A DNA stretch of 40,457 nt from Chloroflexota bacterium (lineage in GTDB: Bacteria > Chloroflexota > Limnocylindria > Limnocylindrales > CSP1-4). Of the stretch, positions 7,882 through 17,528 are shown in pieces. The stretch lies in contig JANPDO010000055.1 in the NCBI GenBank assembly GCA_031431535.1, positions 1-40,457 on the forward strand, in the 5' to 3' direction. Made by a program: the position numbers and the translations under genes. How positions within the stretch are numbered: position 1 is the stretch's first letter; the number at the start of each line of letters is the position of its first letter. The notes below the pieces were generated by a model, which worked only from the letters and a program-made list of their open reading frames with translations, was not told the origin of the DNA and did not search any database.

Positions 7882-8855
7882 CGGTCGAGCTGATCCAGGG
7901 TCTGCTGCTGGCGTTCGCCATCGTGGTGATCCTGATGACGCCCTACATCCGCCTGCTCCGCGCGTTTGGCTTCGGAAAGCGGATCCGGGTGGAGGGTCCC
8001 GAGAGTCATCAGGTCAAGGAGGGAACGCCCACCATGGGCGGGCTGCTGATCGTCGGCGTCGTGGTCGGGATCTACCTGTTTCTGCAGGAGGTGGACGCCG
8101 CCACGTTTGCGCCACTCGCAGCACTCGTCGGGGTCGGACTCCTGGGCGCGTTCGACGACTACCTGAATGTGCGAACCGGTGCGGGGATCACGGCGCGCTG
8201 GAAGCTCCTCTGGCTGACCGTCGTGTCGATCATCGCGGCGTGGCAGATCCAGCAGACCTACGACATCACGGCCATCGCCGTCCCGTTCGTGGGTGCGGTG
8301 GCGGTCGACCCCCGGGTCTACGTTGCGTTCGCCGCCTTCGCGATCGTAGCGTCTGCGAACGGCGTCAACCTGACCGATGGACTTGACGGGCTGTCGGGCG
8401 GAACGGTCGCGATCGCATTCGTCGCCTTCCTGTTGATCGCGCTGCTCAACGATCCGGCCCAGCCAAACCTGGCCCTGCTGTGCGCACTGATCATCGGCGC
8501 GCTGCTGGGATTCCTGTGGTTCAACGTCCATCCCGCGCAGATCTTCATCGGCGATGCCGGGGCGTTATCGCTCGGGGCAACTCTCGCGGTGACTGCACTG
8601 ATCACTGGCCAGATCCTCGTCCTGCCGTTGATCGGGATCATCTTCGTGATTGAGACGGGCTCCGTGATCCTCCAGGTCCTGTCGTACCGGTTGCGCGGCG
8701 GGAAACGGATCTTCCTGATGAGCCCCATTCACCATCACTTCGAGCTGGCCGGCTGGGATGAGGAGAAGATCACCATCCGGTTCTGGATCGTGGGCGTCCT
8801 GGCTGCACTCCTGGGCGTTACGCTCTTCCTGGCGTCCCTGGATCGGTTGCAGTGA
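7878..8855 (+). CDS. mraY: Phospho-N-acetylmuramoyl-pentapeptide transferase MraY, 325 aa
   Basis: Polytopic membrane protein with NGVNLTDGLDGLSGG and SPIHHHFE motifs. ATGA overlap with murF. Confidence 0.95.
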   Translation: MTVELIQGLLLAFAIVVILMTPYIRLLRAFGFGKRIRVEGPESHQVKEGTPTMGGLLIVGVVVGIYLFLQEVDAATFAPLAALVGVGLLGAFDDYLNVRTGAGITARWKLLWLTVVSIIAAWQIQQTYDITAIAVPFVGAVAVDPRVYVAFAAFAIVASANGVNLTDGLDGLSGGTVAIAFVAFLLIALLNDPAQPNLALLCALIIGALLGFLWFNVHPAQIFIGDAGALSLGATLAVTALITGQILVLPLIGIIFVIETGSVILQVLSYRLRGGKRIFLMSPIHHHFELAGWDEEKITIRFWIVGVLAALLGVTLFLASLDRLQ

Positions 8856-10468
8856 CGACAGTGCCCAGCCGGATCTCTCCGATCGACCTCAACGTGCTGG
8901 ACATGCCCGCCATTCGTGCTGGCGCGCTCCGCGACCGCCCGGTGACCGTCCTGGGCCTGGCGCGCAGTGGCGTGGCACTGGCCCGCTTCCTGGGCGACGC
9001 GGGTGCCCAGGTGACGATCTATGACGGGCGGCCCGCGAGCGAACTCGCCGAGGCGATCGAAGCCCTCGGGGACCGGGCCATGACCCTGGCCCTGGGACCC
9101 CACGTGGATCCCGCCACAACGTGGGCGGGCGCCGCGCTCGTGGCGACGTCACCCTCGATCACACCAGACTACCCAACGACCGAGCCGCGCCTGCGGGCGG
9201 CGCTGCGGGACCTGGTTGACGCCCGGGCCGCCGGCGACCCGCTGGTGCCCGCGCTGGTCTCGGAAGCGGACCTGTTCCTGCGGCTCTGCCCGGCACCCAC
9301 CATCGGCGTGACCGGGACCAAGGGCAAGACGACCACGGCGTCCCTCATCGCCGCACTCCTCGCCTCCGACCCCGCTCATCCCGTCATCCTCGGCGGCAAT
9401 ATCGGCAGTCCGCTGATTGAGCGACTGGCCGACCTGACCCCGTCGCACCGGGTCGTCGACGAATTGTCCGAATTGCAACTGCCCACGCTCTCGCGCGGCA
9501 CGACGGTGGCGGTCTACACGAACGTGACGGCCGATCACCTTGATCGTCACGGCAGCGTGGCGGCCTATCGCGCGGTCAAACGTCGTCTCGCCGAGCTGGT
9601 CGATCCGGCCGGAGCGCTCATCCTCAACGCGGACGATCCCGAGGTGATCACGTATGACGACGGCTGCCCGGCGCAGGTGCTGCGCTACGGGCTCGTTGGT
9701 GGATGGAACGGCGAAGCGACCGGCGGGCGACTTGGCGTGGCGCACGGCTGGATCGTGGCGGCGGGCATCGAGCGCCTATCGGTGGCCGGTGGCGGGTCCG
9801 TGGAAACCGGGCCGGCCGGGCGAGTCATGCCCGTGACCGAGCTGGCCATCCCCGGTGCCCACAACGTGTCCAACGCGCTTGCCGCGATCGCTGTGGCGCT
9901 GCTGTTCGGGGTGGCGCCTGACGCCATTCGGACCGCAGCGGCAAGGTTCAGAGGAGTGGAGCACCGCCTCGAATTGGTCGCGCTGATCGATGGCGTCCGG
10001 TTCGTCAACGATTCCCAGGGTACCCAGCCGGACGCCGTGGCCGCCGCGCTGCGGGCGTACGAAGCGCCGATCGTGTTGATCGCCGGCGGCCGATCGAAGG
10101 GACTCGATATCGAGGCACTCGCCCCCCTTGTGGCCGAGCGGGCGATCGCTGCCGTCCTCATTGGCGAAAGCGGGCCTGACCTGGCGGCGGCCTTTCGTGC
10201 CGCGGGGCAGGGCTGGACCGAACGGGCGGCTGACCTCGACCAGGCGGTCCGTCGAGCAGACGCGATCGCCCGCGAGGTCCTGGCCGGTGACGCCGCGAGG
10301 TCCGCCAGTATCGAGACCGCGACGGTGCTTCTGAGCCCGGCTGCCGCCAGTTTTGACATGTTCGCCGACTATGCCGAGCGAGGACGAGCCTTCAAGGCGA
10401 TCGTCGCATCGATCGGCGCCGAGCGCGCCAACGAACGCGGGGCAGAGCGTGGGAGGGAACCGGCATGA
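8852..10468 (+). CDS. murD: UDP-N-acetylmuramoylalanine--D-glutamate ligase MurD, 538 aa (long form)
   Basis: N-terminal Rossmann segment VTVLGLARSGVALARFLGDAGAQVTIYD and P-loop GVTGTKGKTTT. GTGA overlap with mraY. An alternative ATG lies at 8903. Charged C-terminal tail. Confidence 0.88.
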   Translation: MTTVPSRISPIDLNVLDMPAIRAGALRDRPVTVLGLARSGVALARFLGDAGAQVTIYDGRPASELAEAIEALGDRAMTLALGPHVDPATTWAGAALVATSPSITPDYPTTEPRLRAALRDLVDARAAGDPLVPALVSEADLFLRLCPAPTIGVTGTKGKTTTASLIAALLASDPAHPVILGGNIGSPLIERLADLTPSHRVVDELSELQLPTLSRGTTVAVYTNVTADHLDRHGSVAAYRAVKRRLAELVDPAGALILNADDPEVITYDDGCPAQVLRYGLVGGWNGEATGGRLGVAHGWIVAAGIERLSVAGGGSVETGPAGRVMPVTELAIPGAHNVSNALAAIAVALLFGVAPDAIRTAAARFRGVEHRLELVALIDGVRFVNDSQGTQPDAVAAALRAYEAPIVLIAGGRSKGLDIEALAPLVAERAIAAVLIGESGPDLAAAFRAAGQGWTERAADLDQAVRRADAIAREVLAGDAARSASIETATVLLSPAAASFDMFADYAERGRAFKAIVASIGAERANERGAERGREPA

Positions 10469-11775
10469 ATTCGCCCACCTCGTACCCGGCGTATGGGTCC
10501 CGTCCGTCCGATGAAGCCCCCGATGCAGGGCGCCCAGCCATGATCAACCGGACGCCCGTGCGCAGTCGACCGGGCGCCGTCCGTCGGGAGCGGCACGCGG
10601 CGGACTACGTGATCCTCGTCGTCGTCATGGCGCTGACCGCGATCGGCATTCTGATGGTCTATTCCTCGTCGGCAATGCGCGGCTACCTGTCGAGCGATGC
10701 CGATACGTTTTCCACCGCCGGCCCGCAGATCCAGTGGGCGATCCTCGGACTCATCGCCATGGCGGTCATGATGCGGATCGACTACCGCTGGCTGCGCCTG
10801 GCCTCGCTTCCGTTCTACCTGGTGGCCGGCGTCCTGCTGCTTCTGGTGTTCGTGCCGGAGCTCAACATCGTCGTGGGCGGTTCGGCGCGCTGGCTGCGCT
10901 TCGGGTCGCTCCCCGCGATCCATCCCGCCGAGATTGCCAAGCTCGCGATGGTCGTCTACCTGGCCCACTGGTTCGCCGGGCGCGGCAACCGGATCCGCGG
11001 TTTCTGGTCGGGGACCGTGCCGTTCCTGCTCATCGTCGTCCCGATCCTGCTGCTCGTCTTCCGGGAGCCGGACCTTGGCACAACCGGCGTCCTGACCCTG
11101 ACCGCGTTCACCATGTTCTTCGTCGCCGGTGCGAACCTGGCCCACCTCGCATCGATGGCCGGCGCCGCGCTGCTCGCGATCATCTCGGTTGGGCTGCGCG
11201 GCTATCAGCTGGACCGGATCCGGATCTGGCTGGACCCCTGGCTGGACCCGCTGGGCGAGGGCTTCCATACGGTCCAGGGGTTGCTGGCGCTCGGTGTCGG
11301 CGGCCTGTTCGGCACCGGCCTCGGGGCAAGTCGTGTCTTCGTCCCGAATGCCTTCAACGACTTCATCTTCGCCGAGATCGGCCAGGAGTTCGGGCTGCTC
11401 GGCTCGGTCGTGGTCATCGGGCTCTTCCTCATCCTGGCGTACTCTGGCGTCCGGGTCGCCCTCGCCGCCCCGGATACCTTTGGCGCACTTCTCGCGGCGG
11501 GGATCACGGCCTGGCTGTGCCTGCAGGCGTTCATCAACATCGGCGTGGTGGTGGCGTTGCTGCCGATCACCGGGATCACGTTGCCATTCATCAGCGCAGG
11601 TGGCTCATCGCTCATCGTCAGTTTTGCCGCGATCGGGATCCTGCTGTCGATATCACGCGAGACGGTGGAGAATGGGACATGGAATGACGATGCGACTGCT
11701 GATCGCGGGCGGCGGGACGGGCGGACACATCTACCCGGCACTGGCCGTCGCGCGATCCCTGTGCGCTCGACCTGA
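10465..11775 (+). CDS. ftsW: SEDS-family peptidoglycan glycosyltransferase FtsW, 436 aa
   Basis: Multi-TM protein with HPAEIAKLAMVVYLA and LPITGITLPFISAGGSS motifs. ATGA overlap with murD. The 3' end overlaps the murG start by ~92 nt. Confidence 0.9.
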   Translation: MNSPTSYPAYGSRPSDEAPDAGRPAMINRTPVRSRPGAVRRERHAADYVILVVVMALTAIGILMVYSSSAMRGYLSSDADTFSTAGPQIQWAILGLIAMAVMMRIDYRWLRLASLPFYLVAGVLLLLVFVPELNIVVGGSARWLRFGSLPAIHPAEIAKLAMVVYLAHWFAGRGNRIRGFWSGTVPFLLIVVPILLLVFREPDLGTTGVLTLTAFTMFFVAGANLAHLASMAGAALLAIISVGLRGYQLDRIRIWLDPWLDPLGEGFHTVQGLLALGVGGLFGTGLGASRVFVPNAFNDFIFAEIGQEFGLLGSVVVIGLFLILAYSGVRVALAAPDTFGALLAAGITAWLCLQAFINIGVVVALLPITGITLPFISAGGSSLIVSFAAIGILLSISRETVENGTWNDDATADRGRRDGRTHLPGTGRRAIPVRST

Positions 11776-12850
11776 CCCGCCGCAGCTCCGCTGGCTGGGC
11801 GGCCACCGAGGCCTCGAAGCAGGGCTCGTGCCGGCCGTCGGTATTCCGCTGACTCGCCTTGCGGCCCGCTCCCTGCGGACCGCAGCCGCGGACGTCCATG
11901 CCGTGCTGGATCCGCTCCGTCTGGCAATGTCTGTCCCGCAGGCGGCGGCGATCCTTGTCCAGGAGCGTCCCGCAGCGATCTTCACGACCGGCGGGTTCGT
12001 CACGGTGCCGGTCATGCTGGCGGCCGCAGCCCTGCGCATCCCGGTCGTGTTGTGGGACGGGAACGTCATCCCGGGCCGGGCGGTCAGGGCGACTGCTCGT
12101 CTCGCGACCAGCATCGCGGTCTCGTTCGAGGCGACGTGTCGGGCGCTGGCGCCGGTCGCCGCCGGTCGGCCGTGCCGGGTGACGGGCACTCCGATCCGGG
12201 ATCTATCCGAGCTCGATCGGGAGGCCGCCCGGCGGCGTCTCGAGATCGGTCCGGGCGAACGCGTCCTGCTGATCTTTGGCGGTTCACAGGCGGTCCGCCG
12301 GTTCAACCTCGCGGTTGCCGAAGCCCTGCCTCGGCTGGTCGAACGGGTCACGGTCATCCACGTGACGGGAGAGGACGGCTATCCTCCGGCCCTGGTCGGC
12401 CGGGAGGCGCTGCCCGAGGCGCTCCGGCCGCGCTACCGCCCATTCCCGTTCCTGCGCGAGGAGATGCTGGGCGCGCTCGCAGTCGCGGACCTGGTGGTCG
12501 GCCGCGCGGGATCGTCGACCCTGGCCGAGGTGACGGCACTTGGCCTGCCAATGGTCGTGGTGCCTTACCCCCACGCCGCCGGTCACCAGCGCGCCAATGC
12601 GGCCAGCCTGGTCGAGGCCGGCGCGGCCCGACTCATCGATGACGAGGCATTCAACGAGAGCGCGCTGCTGGATGCGGCCCGGCTGCTTGACGATCCGGCG
12701 GCGCATGTGCGCATGTCCGCCGCGGCCCGCTCGCTGGGCCGGCCGGGTGCGGCCGCGGCCGTCGCGGAACTGGTCCTGGCCGCGGCCGCCCGCCGTCCGC
12801 CGCCGGACCCCGAACACATGGAACGCCTGGCTCGCGGTTCGGACCGGTGA
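11684..12850 (+). CDS. murG: Undecaprenyldiphospho-muramoylpentapeptide beta-N-acetylglucosaminyltransferase MurG, 388 aa
   Basis: MTMRLLIAGGGTGGHIYPALAV N-terminus. GGAG lies 13 nt upstream of the chosen ATG at 11684; other in-frame ATGs are at 11672 and 11690. The upstream part of track ORF 11129.. is a shadow of ftsW. Confidence 0.88.
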   Translation: MTMRLLIAGGGTGGHIYPALAVARSLCARPDPPQLRWLGGHRGLEAGLVPAVGIPLTRLAARSLRTAAADVHAVLDPLRLAMSVPQAAAILVQERPAAIFTTGGFVTVPVMLAAAALRIPVVLWDGNVIPGRAVRATARLATSIAVSFEATCRALAPVAAGRPCRVTGTPIRDLSELDREAARRRLEIGPGERVLLIFGGSQAVRRFNLAVAEALPRLVERVTVIHVTGEDGYPPALVGREALPEALRPRYRPFPFLREEMLGALAVADLVVGRAGSSTLAEVTALGLPMVVVPYPHAAGHQRANAASLVEAGAARLIDDEAFNESALLDAARLLDDPAAHVRMSAAARSLGRPGAAAAVAELVLAAAARRPPPDPEHMERLARGSDR

Positions 12851-13797
12851 CCCTGGCGTTCGATCCGATCGCCACGGGAACCGAGATTCAGCGTCGGATC
12901 GGGGTCAAGACCTCGCGTGATGAGCCGCTGGCGCGGTTCACGACGATGCGGGTTGGTGGACCGGCGGACTTGTTCGCCACCGCGCACAACGCGTTCGAGT
13001 TGCGCGCCCTGGTTCGGTTTGCACGAACCCGCGGGCTGCCTCACTTGATCCTGGGTCGCGGCAGCAATGTGGTGATCGCCGATGCCGGGGTTCGCGGCCT
13101 CGTCATCCAGGTCCGGGCCGAGGGTTCACGCGTCGACGACCAGCGCTACATCGCCGAATCCGGGGTGCAGATGGCCCGCGCGGCGACCGAGGCGCAGCGG
13201 GCCGGGTTGACCGGGCTCGAGTTCGGGCTGGCCATCCCGGGGACCGTCGGCGGGGCCGTCTGGGCCAATGCCGGGGCGCATGACCACGACGTCGCTGCGG
13301 TCCTGGAGTCGGCGCGAGTCCTGGCGGCTGATGGGACGGAGGCGGTGCTCCCGACCGCGGATCTCGCACTGGCCTACCGGGACAGCCGGTTCAAGCACGG
13401 CGCTCCCGGCGCATCTGCCGAGCTCATCGTGGAGGTCACGTTCGGGCTTTCGGCGGCCGACCCGGAGGCGATCAAGACCCGGCTCGACGAGATCCGGCGC
13501 TGGCGCCAGGCCCACCAGCCGATCGGGCTGCCATCGGCGGGGAGTGTCTTTCGCAACCCGTCGGGCGAATCAGCAGGGCGACTGATCGATTCGGCCGGTC
13601 TCAAAGGGCTCCGGATCGGTGGCGCCGTCGTCTCCGAGAAGCACGCCAACTTCATCGTCAACGATCAGAAAGGGACGGCGGCGGACGTGCGGCGGCTCGC
13701 GGAGTGGGTCCAGGAGGACGTTCGGGCCCGCCACGGCGTCGCGCTCGATTTCGAGATCGAGTTTGTCGGGGACTGGGCGGGATGGCCGACCACGTGA
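12847..13797 (+). CDS. murB: UDP-N-acetylenolpyruvoylglucosamine reductase MurB, 316 aa
   Basis: FAD-binding type motifs TMRVGGPADLF and GRGSNVVI. GTGA overlap with murG. Confidence 0.92.
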   Translation: MTLAFDPIATGTEIQRRIGVKTSRDEPLARFTTMRVGGPADLFATAHNAFELRALVRFARTRGLPHLILGRGSNVVIADAGVRGLVIQVRAEGSRVDDQRYIAESGVQMARAATEAQRAGLTGLEFGLAIPGTVGGAVWANAGAHDHDVAAVLESARVLAADGTEAVLPTADLALAYRDSRFKHGAPGASAELIVEVTFGLSAADPEAIKTRLDEIRRWRQAHQPIGLPSAGSVFRNPSGESAGRLIDSAGLKGLRIGGAVVSEKHANFIVNDQKGTAADVRRLAEWVQEDVRARHGVALDFEIEFVGDWAGWPTT

Positions 13798-14912
13798 CGC
13801 CGCCTCCGCCGGTGGTCGTGCTATTCGGTGGGCCGTCGGCCGAGCATGATGTGTCGATCGTTTCGGGGACGGCCATCGCGGACGCGCTCGAGTCCATCGG
13901 CTACCCGGTCGCACAGGTCCTGATCGATCTCGGCGGCAGGTGGTGGTGGCTCCCGTCCGACCACCGCCGCGGGGAACGCTCGCCGGCCGACTATGACAAC
14001 CCGCTGGCCATGGGTGCCGCTGGTCCGCTACCGGTCGGTGCGGCGCTGGACCGACTCGCGGCCGCCCGGCCCGCCCCAGTCCTGGCCCTCGCACTGCATG
14101 GGCCGTTTGGCGAAGACGGGACTGTGCAAGCGCTGCTCGAGGCCGCGGGCCTCGCCTACACCGGGTCCGGTGTCGCGGCGTCGGCCATTGGCATGGACAA
14201 GACCCTCTTCAAGCGGCTCTGTCGTGGGCTCGGCCTGCCCCTCGTCGACTGGCGCGAGATCCGCGCCCAACGCTGGGCCGAGGATCCGGCAGGTGTCCGC
14301 CTGGAGCTTGGCGCGTTCGCGTCGGGTGCCGCCGATCCGCGCCTGATGGTCAAGCCGGCGCGCCTGGGCAGTTCAGTCGGGATGACCCTGGTCCACGACT
14401 CGTCCGAGATCGACGGCGCGCTGGAGGCCGCGTTTCGGCACGACTCGCTGGTCCTCGCGGAGACCTATTTGGCCGACGCGCGGGACCTGGAGGTCTCGGT
14501 CATCGGCAATGATCCTGCACGGTTGGAGTTGTATGGCCCGGGCGAGATCGTGTCGGGTCACGAGTTTTACGACTATGCCGCCAAGTACAGTGTCGGCGTA
14601 TCCCGGACCATGCTCAAGGCGGACATGACAGACCGCCAGCGCGCCACGGTCCTCAAGATCGCCCGCGACGCCTATCGAGCGGTTGGCGCGGAGGGCTTCG
14701 CCCGCGTCGACTTCCTGCTCGCGGGAACGTCGCTCTACTTGTCGGAGATCAATACGATCCCGGGCTTCACGCCGATCAGCCTGTTCCCCGCCCTCGCCGC
14801 GCAAGGCGGGCGCACGTTCGCCGACGTCTGCAGCCGAATTGTCGGGCTCGCTCTGGAGCGTCACGACGCGCGTGCCGGCCGGCGTCTGGCGCCGGAACAC
14901 CTGCCGCGATGA
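13782..14912 (+). CDS. ddl: D-alanine--D-alanine ligase, 376 aa
   Basis: VVVLFGGPSAEHDVS N-terminus and the ATP-grasp motif LSEINTIPGFT. I chose the ATG at 13782 (16-nt overlap with murB) rather than the Arg-rich track extension from 13704. Confidence 0.9.
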   Translation: MADHVTPPPPVVVLFGGPSAEHDVSIVSGTAIADALESIGYPVAQVLIDLGGRWWWLPSDHRRGERSPADYDNPLAMGAAGPLPVGAALDRLAAARPAPVLALALHGPFGEDGTVQALLEAAGLAYTGSGVAASAIGMDKTLFKRLCRGLGLPLVDWREIRAQRWAEDPAGVRLELGAFASGAADPRLMVKPARLGSSVGMTLVHDSSEIDGALEAAFRHDSLVLAETYLADARDLEVSVIGNDPARLELYGPGEIVSGHEFYDYAAKYSVGVSRTMLKADMTDRQRATVLKIARDAYRAVGAEGFARVDFLLAGTSLYLSEINTIPGFTPISLFPALAAQGGRTFADVCSRIVGLALERHDARAGRRLAPEHLPR

Positions 14913-14952
14913 TCGGCGTTCCAGCAACCTTGACGGCTTGGCTGGTCGCGGC

Positions 14953-15819
14953 GTGACCGGTGGTCCAGGTCCGCGACGGATCCGGCCGCCCGCTCCAACC
15001 CGGCGGACCAGGCCGATCCGGCGTGCCTCGTCCGGCCTGTCGATCGCCCGCGCCGGGGCCGCGCTGGCTATCCTGGCGTCAGCCGGGGCGATCTACGGCG
15101 TCGGTGCGTCGTCCGCGTTCGACTATGCGCGCATGAAGATCGACGGCGCCGTCTACACCGATCTCGCGGTGGCCGAGGAAGCGGTCGCGGGTGCGCGCGG
15201 GGAGAACCTCTTTCGGCTGTCGACGGGCCCACTGAAGGCGGAGCTCGAAGCGCTCCCGACGGTCCAGGAGGCCACGATCGCGGTGATGTTGCCGGGCACG
15301 CTGGTGGTGACCCTGCGGGAACGGGTGCCGGTCGTAATCTGGCGGGTGGGCAGTCGGAACTACCTGGCGGACAGCGGGGGGGAATTGTTCGGGCGGATCG
15401 ATGGCGACGAACCTGCAGGGGCCGCCGACCTTCCGATCATCGACGACCGGCGCGCGGCAGCCGCGGGGCTGTCGATCGGGACCCGTCTCAACGCACAGGA
15501 CATGGACGCCGCCACGAGGCTGGCGTCGCTTGTCCCGGCCGACGTGGGCAGCGAGGCGACCAGGCTGCGGGTCCTGGTCACCGACGAGAATGGCTTCGTG
15601 CTGCGGGCGGACCCCCAGGGCTGGAGCGCGATCTTCGGCTTCTACACGCCGAGTCTGCGCACGCCGGATCTGATCCCCGGCCAGGTCCGTCTGCTGCGCA
15701 GCCTGCTGATCGGGCGTGAGCCGCTGATCCAGCGGGTGATCCTCGCGTCGGAGACCGAAGGGACCTATGTTCCGAAGCGAACGCCAACGCCGAGCGACTC
15801 GCCGAGTCCGTCGCCGTGA
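14953..15819 (+). CDS. ftsQ: Cell division protein FtsQ/DivIB (POTRA domain), ~288 aa
   Basis: Basic N-terminus, TM segment (AGAALAILASAGAIYGV), POTRA-like region (LFRLSTGPLKAELEALPTVQEATIAVMLPGTLVVTLRERVPVVIW). The start is uncertain: GTG 14953 or TTG 14938. The track ORF start at 14683 lies inside ddl. Confidence 0.8.
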   Translation: MTGGPGPRRIRPPAPTRRTRPIRRASSGLSIARAGAALAILASAGAIYGVGASSAFDYARMKIDGAVYTDLAVAEEAVAGARGENLFRLSTGPLKAELEALPTVQEATIAVMLPGTLVVTLRERVPVVIWRVGSRNYLADSGGELFGRIDGDEPAGAADLPIIDDRRAAAAGLSIGTRLNAQDMDAATRLASLVPADVGSEATRLRVLVTDENGFVLRADPQGWSAIFGFYTPSLRTPDLIPGQVRLLRSLLIGREPLIQRVILASETEGTYVPKRTPTPSDSPSPSP

Positions 15820-15940
15820 CCAGCACCCGGATTCGGGCGAGAGCCCATAGCGCGCCGGCGACCCGTGACGCCGGGAGTTGCCGCGCTTGCGCGCAGTCGA
15901 GTAGCCTTGCCCAAACCGTCGGAGCGAGGATCACCACCAC

Positions 15941-16264
15941 GTGCTGCTACCGCTGCTCGGACTCCTCGTGGGAGTCCTTGGCGGCCTCGTCCTCAATGTC
16001 AACGTCAGCTTCGAGTTCAGCCGATACTCGGCCGTGGCGATCCTCGCTGCGCTCGATTCGGTCATCGGGGCCGTTCGTGCTGAGCTCGACGGGGTCTACG
16101 ACAATCGGATCTTCATCAGCGGGTTCCTGGTCAACGCCATCGTCGCAGTCCTGCTGACCTTTATCGGCGATCGCCTTGGGCTTGATCTGTACCTGGTGGC
16201 CCTCATCACATTCGGTCTGCGCATCTTCAACAACGTGGCCCTGATCCGGCGCCACTTCCTGTAG
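15941..16264 (+). CDS. sbp: Small basic protein Sbp (DUF1290), 107 aa membrane protein
   Basis: Small hydrophobic (TM-rich) protein that I recognise as the DUF1290/Sbp family; the call rests mainly on family recognition plus its location between ftsQ and ftsA, as in Bacillus. Confidence 0.8.
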   Translation: MLLPLLGLLVGVLGGLVLNVNVSFEFSRYSAVAILAALDSVIGAVRAELDGVYDNRIFISGFLVNAIVAVLLTFIGDRLGLDLYLVALITFGLRIFNNVALIRRHFL

Positions 16265-16295
16265 ACCTGCATACGGAACGGAGTCAGACAACACG

Positions 16296-17528
16296 GTGGA
16301 ACGCGAAGCAGTCCTCGTCGGCATCGACGTCGGTACGAGCAAAGTCTGTGCGCTCATCGGCGAGGTGAGCCGCGACGGGCGGCTGACGATCATGGGTCAC
16401 GGGACTGTCGCGGCCTCCGGGCTCAAGAAGGGCGTCGTCATCAATATCGACCAGACGGTGCGATCGATTGCGGATGCCGTCGAACGGGCCGAGCGCCTAT
16501 CCGGCTGGAAGATCGACCGTGCGTTCGTCGGCGTCGGCGGCCAGCACGTCGAAAGCCTCAACTCGCCCGGGCAGGTGGCCGTCACCGGACATCACCGGGA
16601 GGTCACCCGCGAGGATGTCAACCGGGCGATCGAGGTCGCCCGTGCCGTATCGATCCCGTCGAACCGGGAGGTGCTCCACGTCGAGCGCCGCGGTTTCACG
16701 GTCGATGGCCAGGAGGGCGTCAAGGATCCAATCGGGATGAGCGCGTTGCGGCTTGAGGTTGAGACCCACATCGTGACCGCAGCCGCGACCGCGGTCCAGA
16801 ATCTGTCCAAGTGCGTGGCCGCGGCCGGGGTCAAGATCGATGAGCTGGTCGTCAATTCGCTGGCGTCGGCGGAGGCCGTCCTGACCGAGACTGAGAAGGA
16901 GCTCGGTGTCGGGGTCGCGGACCTGGGCGCCGGCACGATCGACTTGGCCCTGTTCCAGGACGGCTCGCCGGTCCATACCCGGGTCCTGCCGGTCGGCGGG
17001 GCCAATGTCACCAACGATATCGCGATCGGGATCAAGACCAGCCTCCAGGTTGCGGAGGAGCTCAAGGTCAGCCATGGAACCTGCGACCTGCGGGCGATCA
17101 CCGATGACGAGGCGATCGGCGTCGCGGTCCTCGGCGACGACGCCGGCCGGACGGTCAGTCGCCTGGAGGTCTGTCAGATCATCGAGGCCCGGATGCGCGA
17201 AACCTTTGAGCTCATGCGCAATGAGATCCGCGCGTCGGGCGTGGGGATGCTGCCCGCCGGGATCATCCTGACCGGCGGGGCTGCTCAACTGGCCGGCGCC
17301 GCGGAGCTCGGGCGCGAGGTGCTCCAGATGCCGGTTCGGGTGGCGTCGCCCGCGGGCATCGGCGGACTCGTCGACACGCTGCTGAACCCGAGTTACTCGA
17401 CGGCAGTCGGGCTGCTCCAGTGGGGGGCTGCCAGCCTGGGGGTGGGCGAGCCGTCCCGCTACGAGTCGGCACCGGCCCGCGGCATCCTCGGCCGTCTGCG
17501 CGATGCGCTTCGGAGCGTCTTCCCGTAG
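16296..17528 (+). CDS. ftsA: Cell division protein FtsA (actin-like ATPase), 410 aa
   Basis: GIDVGTSKVCALIGE and DLGAGTIDLALF phosphate-binding motifs. Position upstream of ftsZ. Confidence 0.93.
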   Translation: MEREAVLVGIDVGTSKVCALIGEVSRDGRLTIMGHGTVAASGLKKGVVINIDQTVRSIADAVERAERLSGWKIDRAFVGVGGQHVESLNSPGQVAVTGHHREVTREDVNRAIEVARAVSIPSNREVLHVERRGFTVDGQEGVKDPIGMSALRLEVETHIVTAAATAVQNLSKCVAAAGVKIDELVVNSLASAEAVLTETEKELGVGVADLGAGTIDLALFQDGSPVHTRVLPVGGANVTNDIAIGIKTSLQVAEELKVSHGTCDLRAITDDEAIGVAVLGDDAGRTVSRLEVCQIIEARMRETFELMRNEIRASGVGMLPAGIILTGGAAQLAGAAELGREVLQMPVRVASPAGIGGLVDTLLNPSYSTAVGLLQWGAASLGVGEPSRYESAPARGILGRLRDALRSVFP

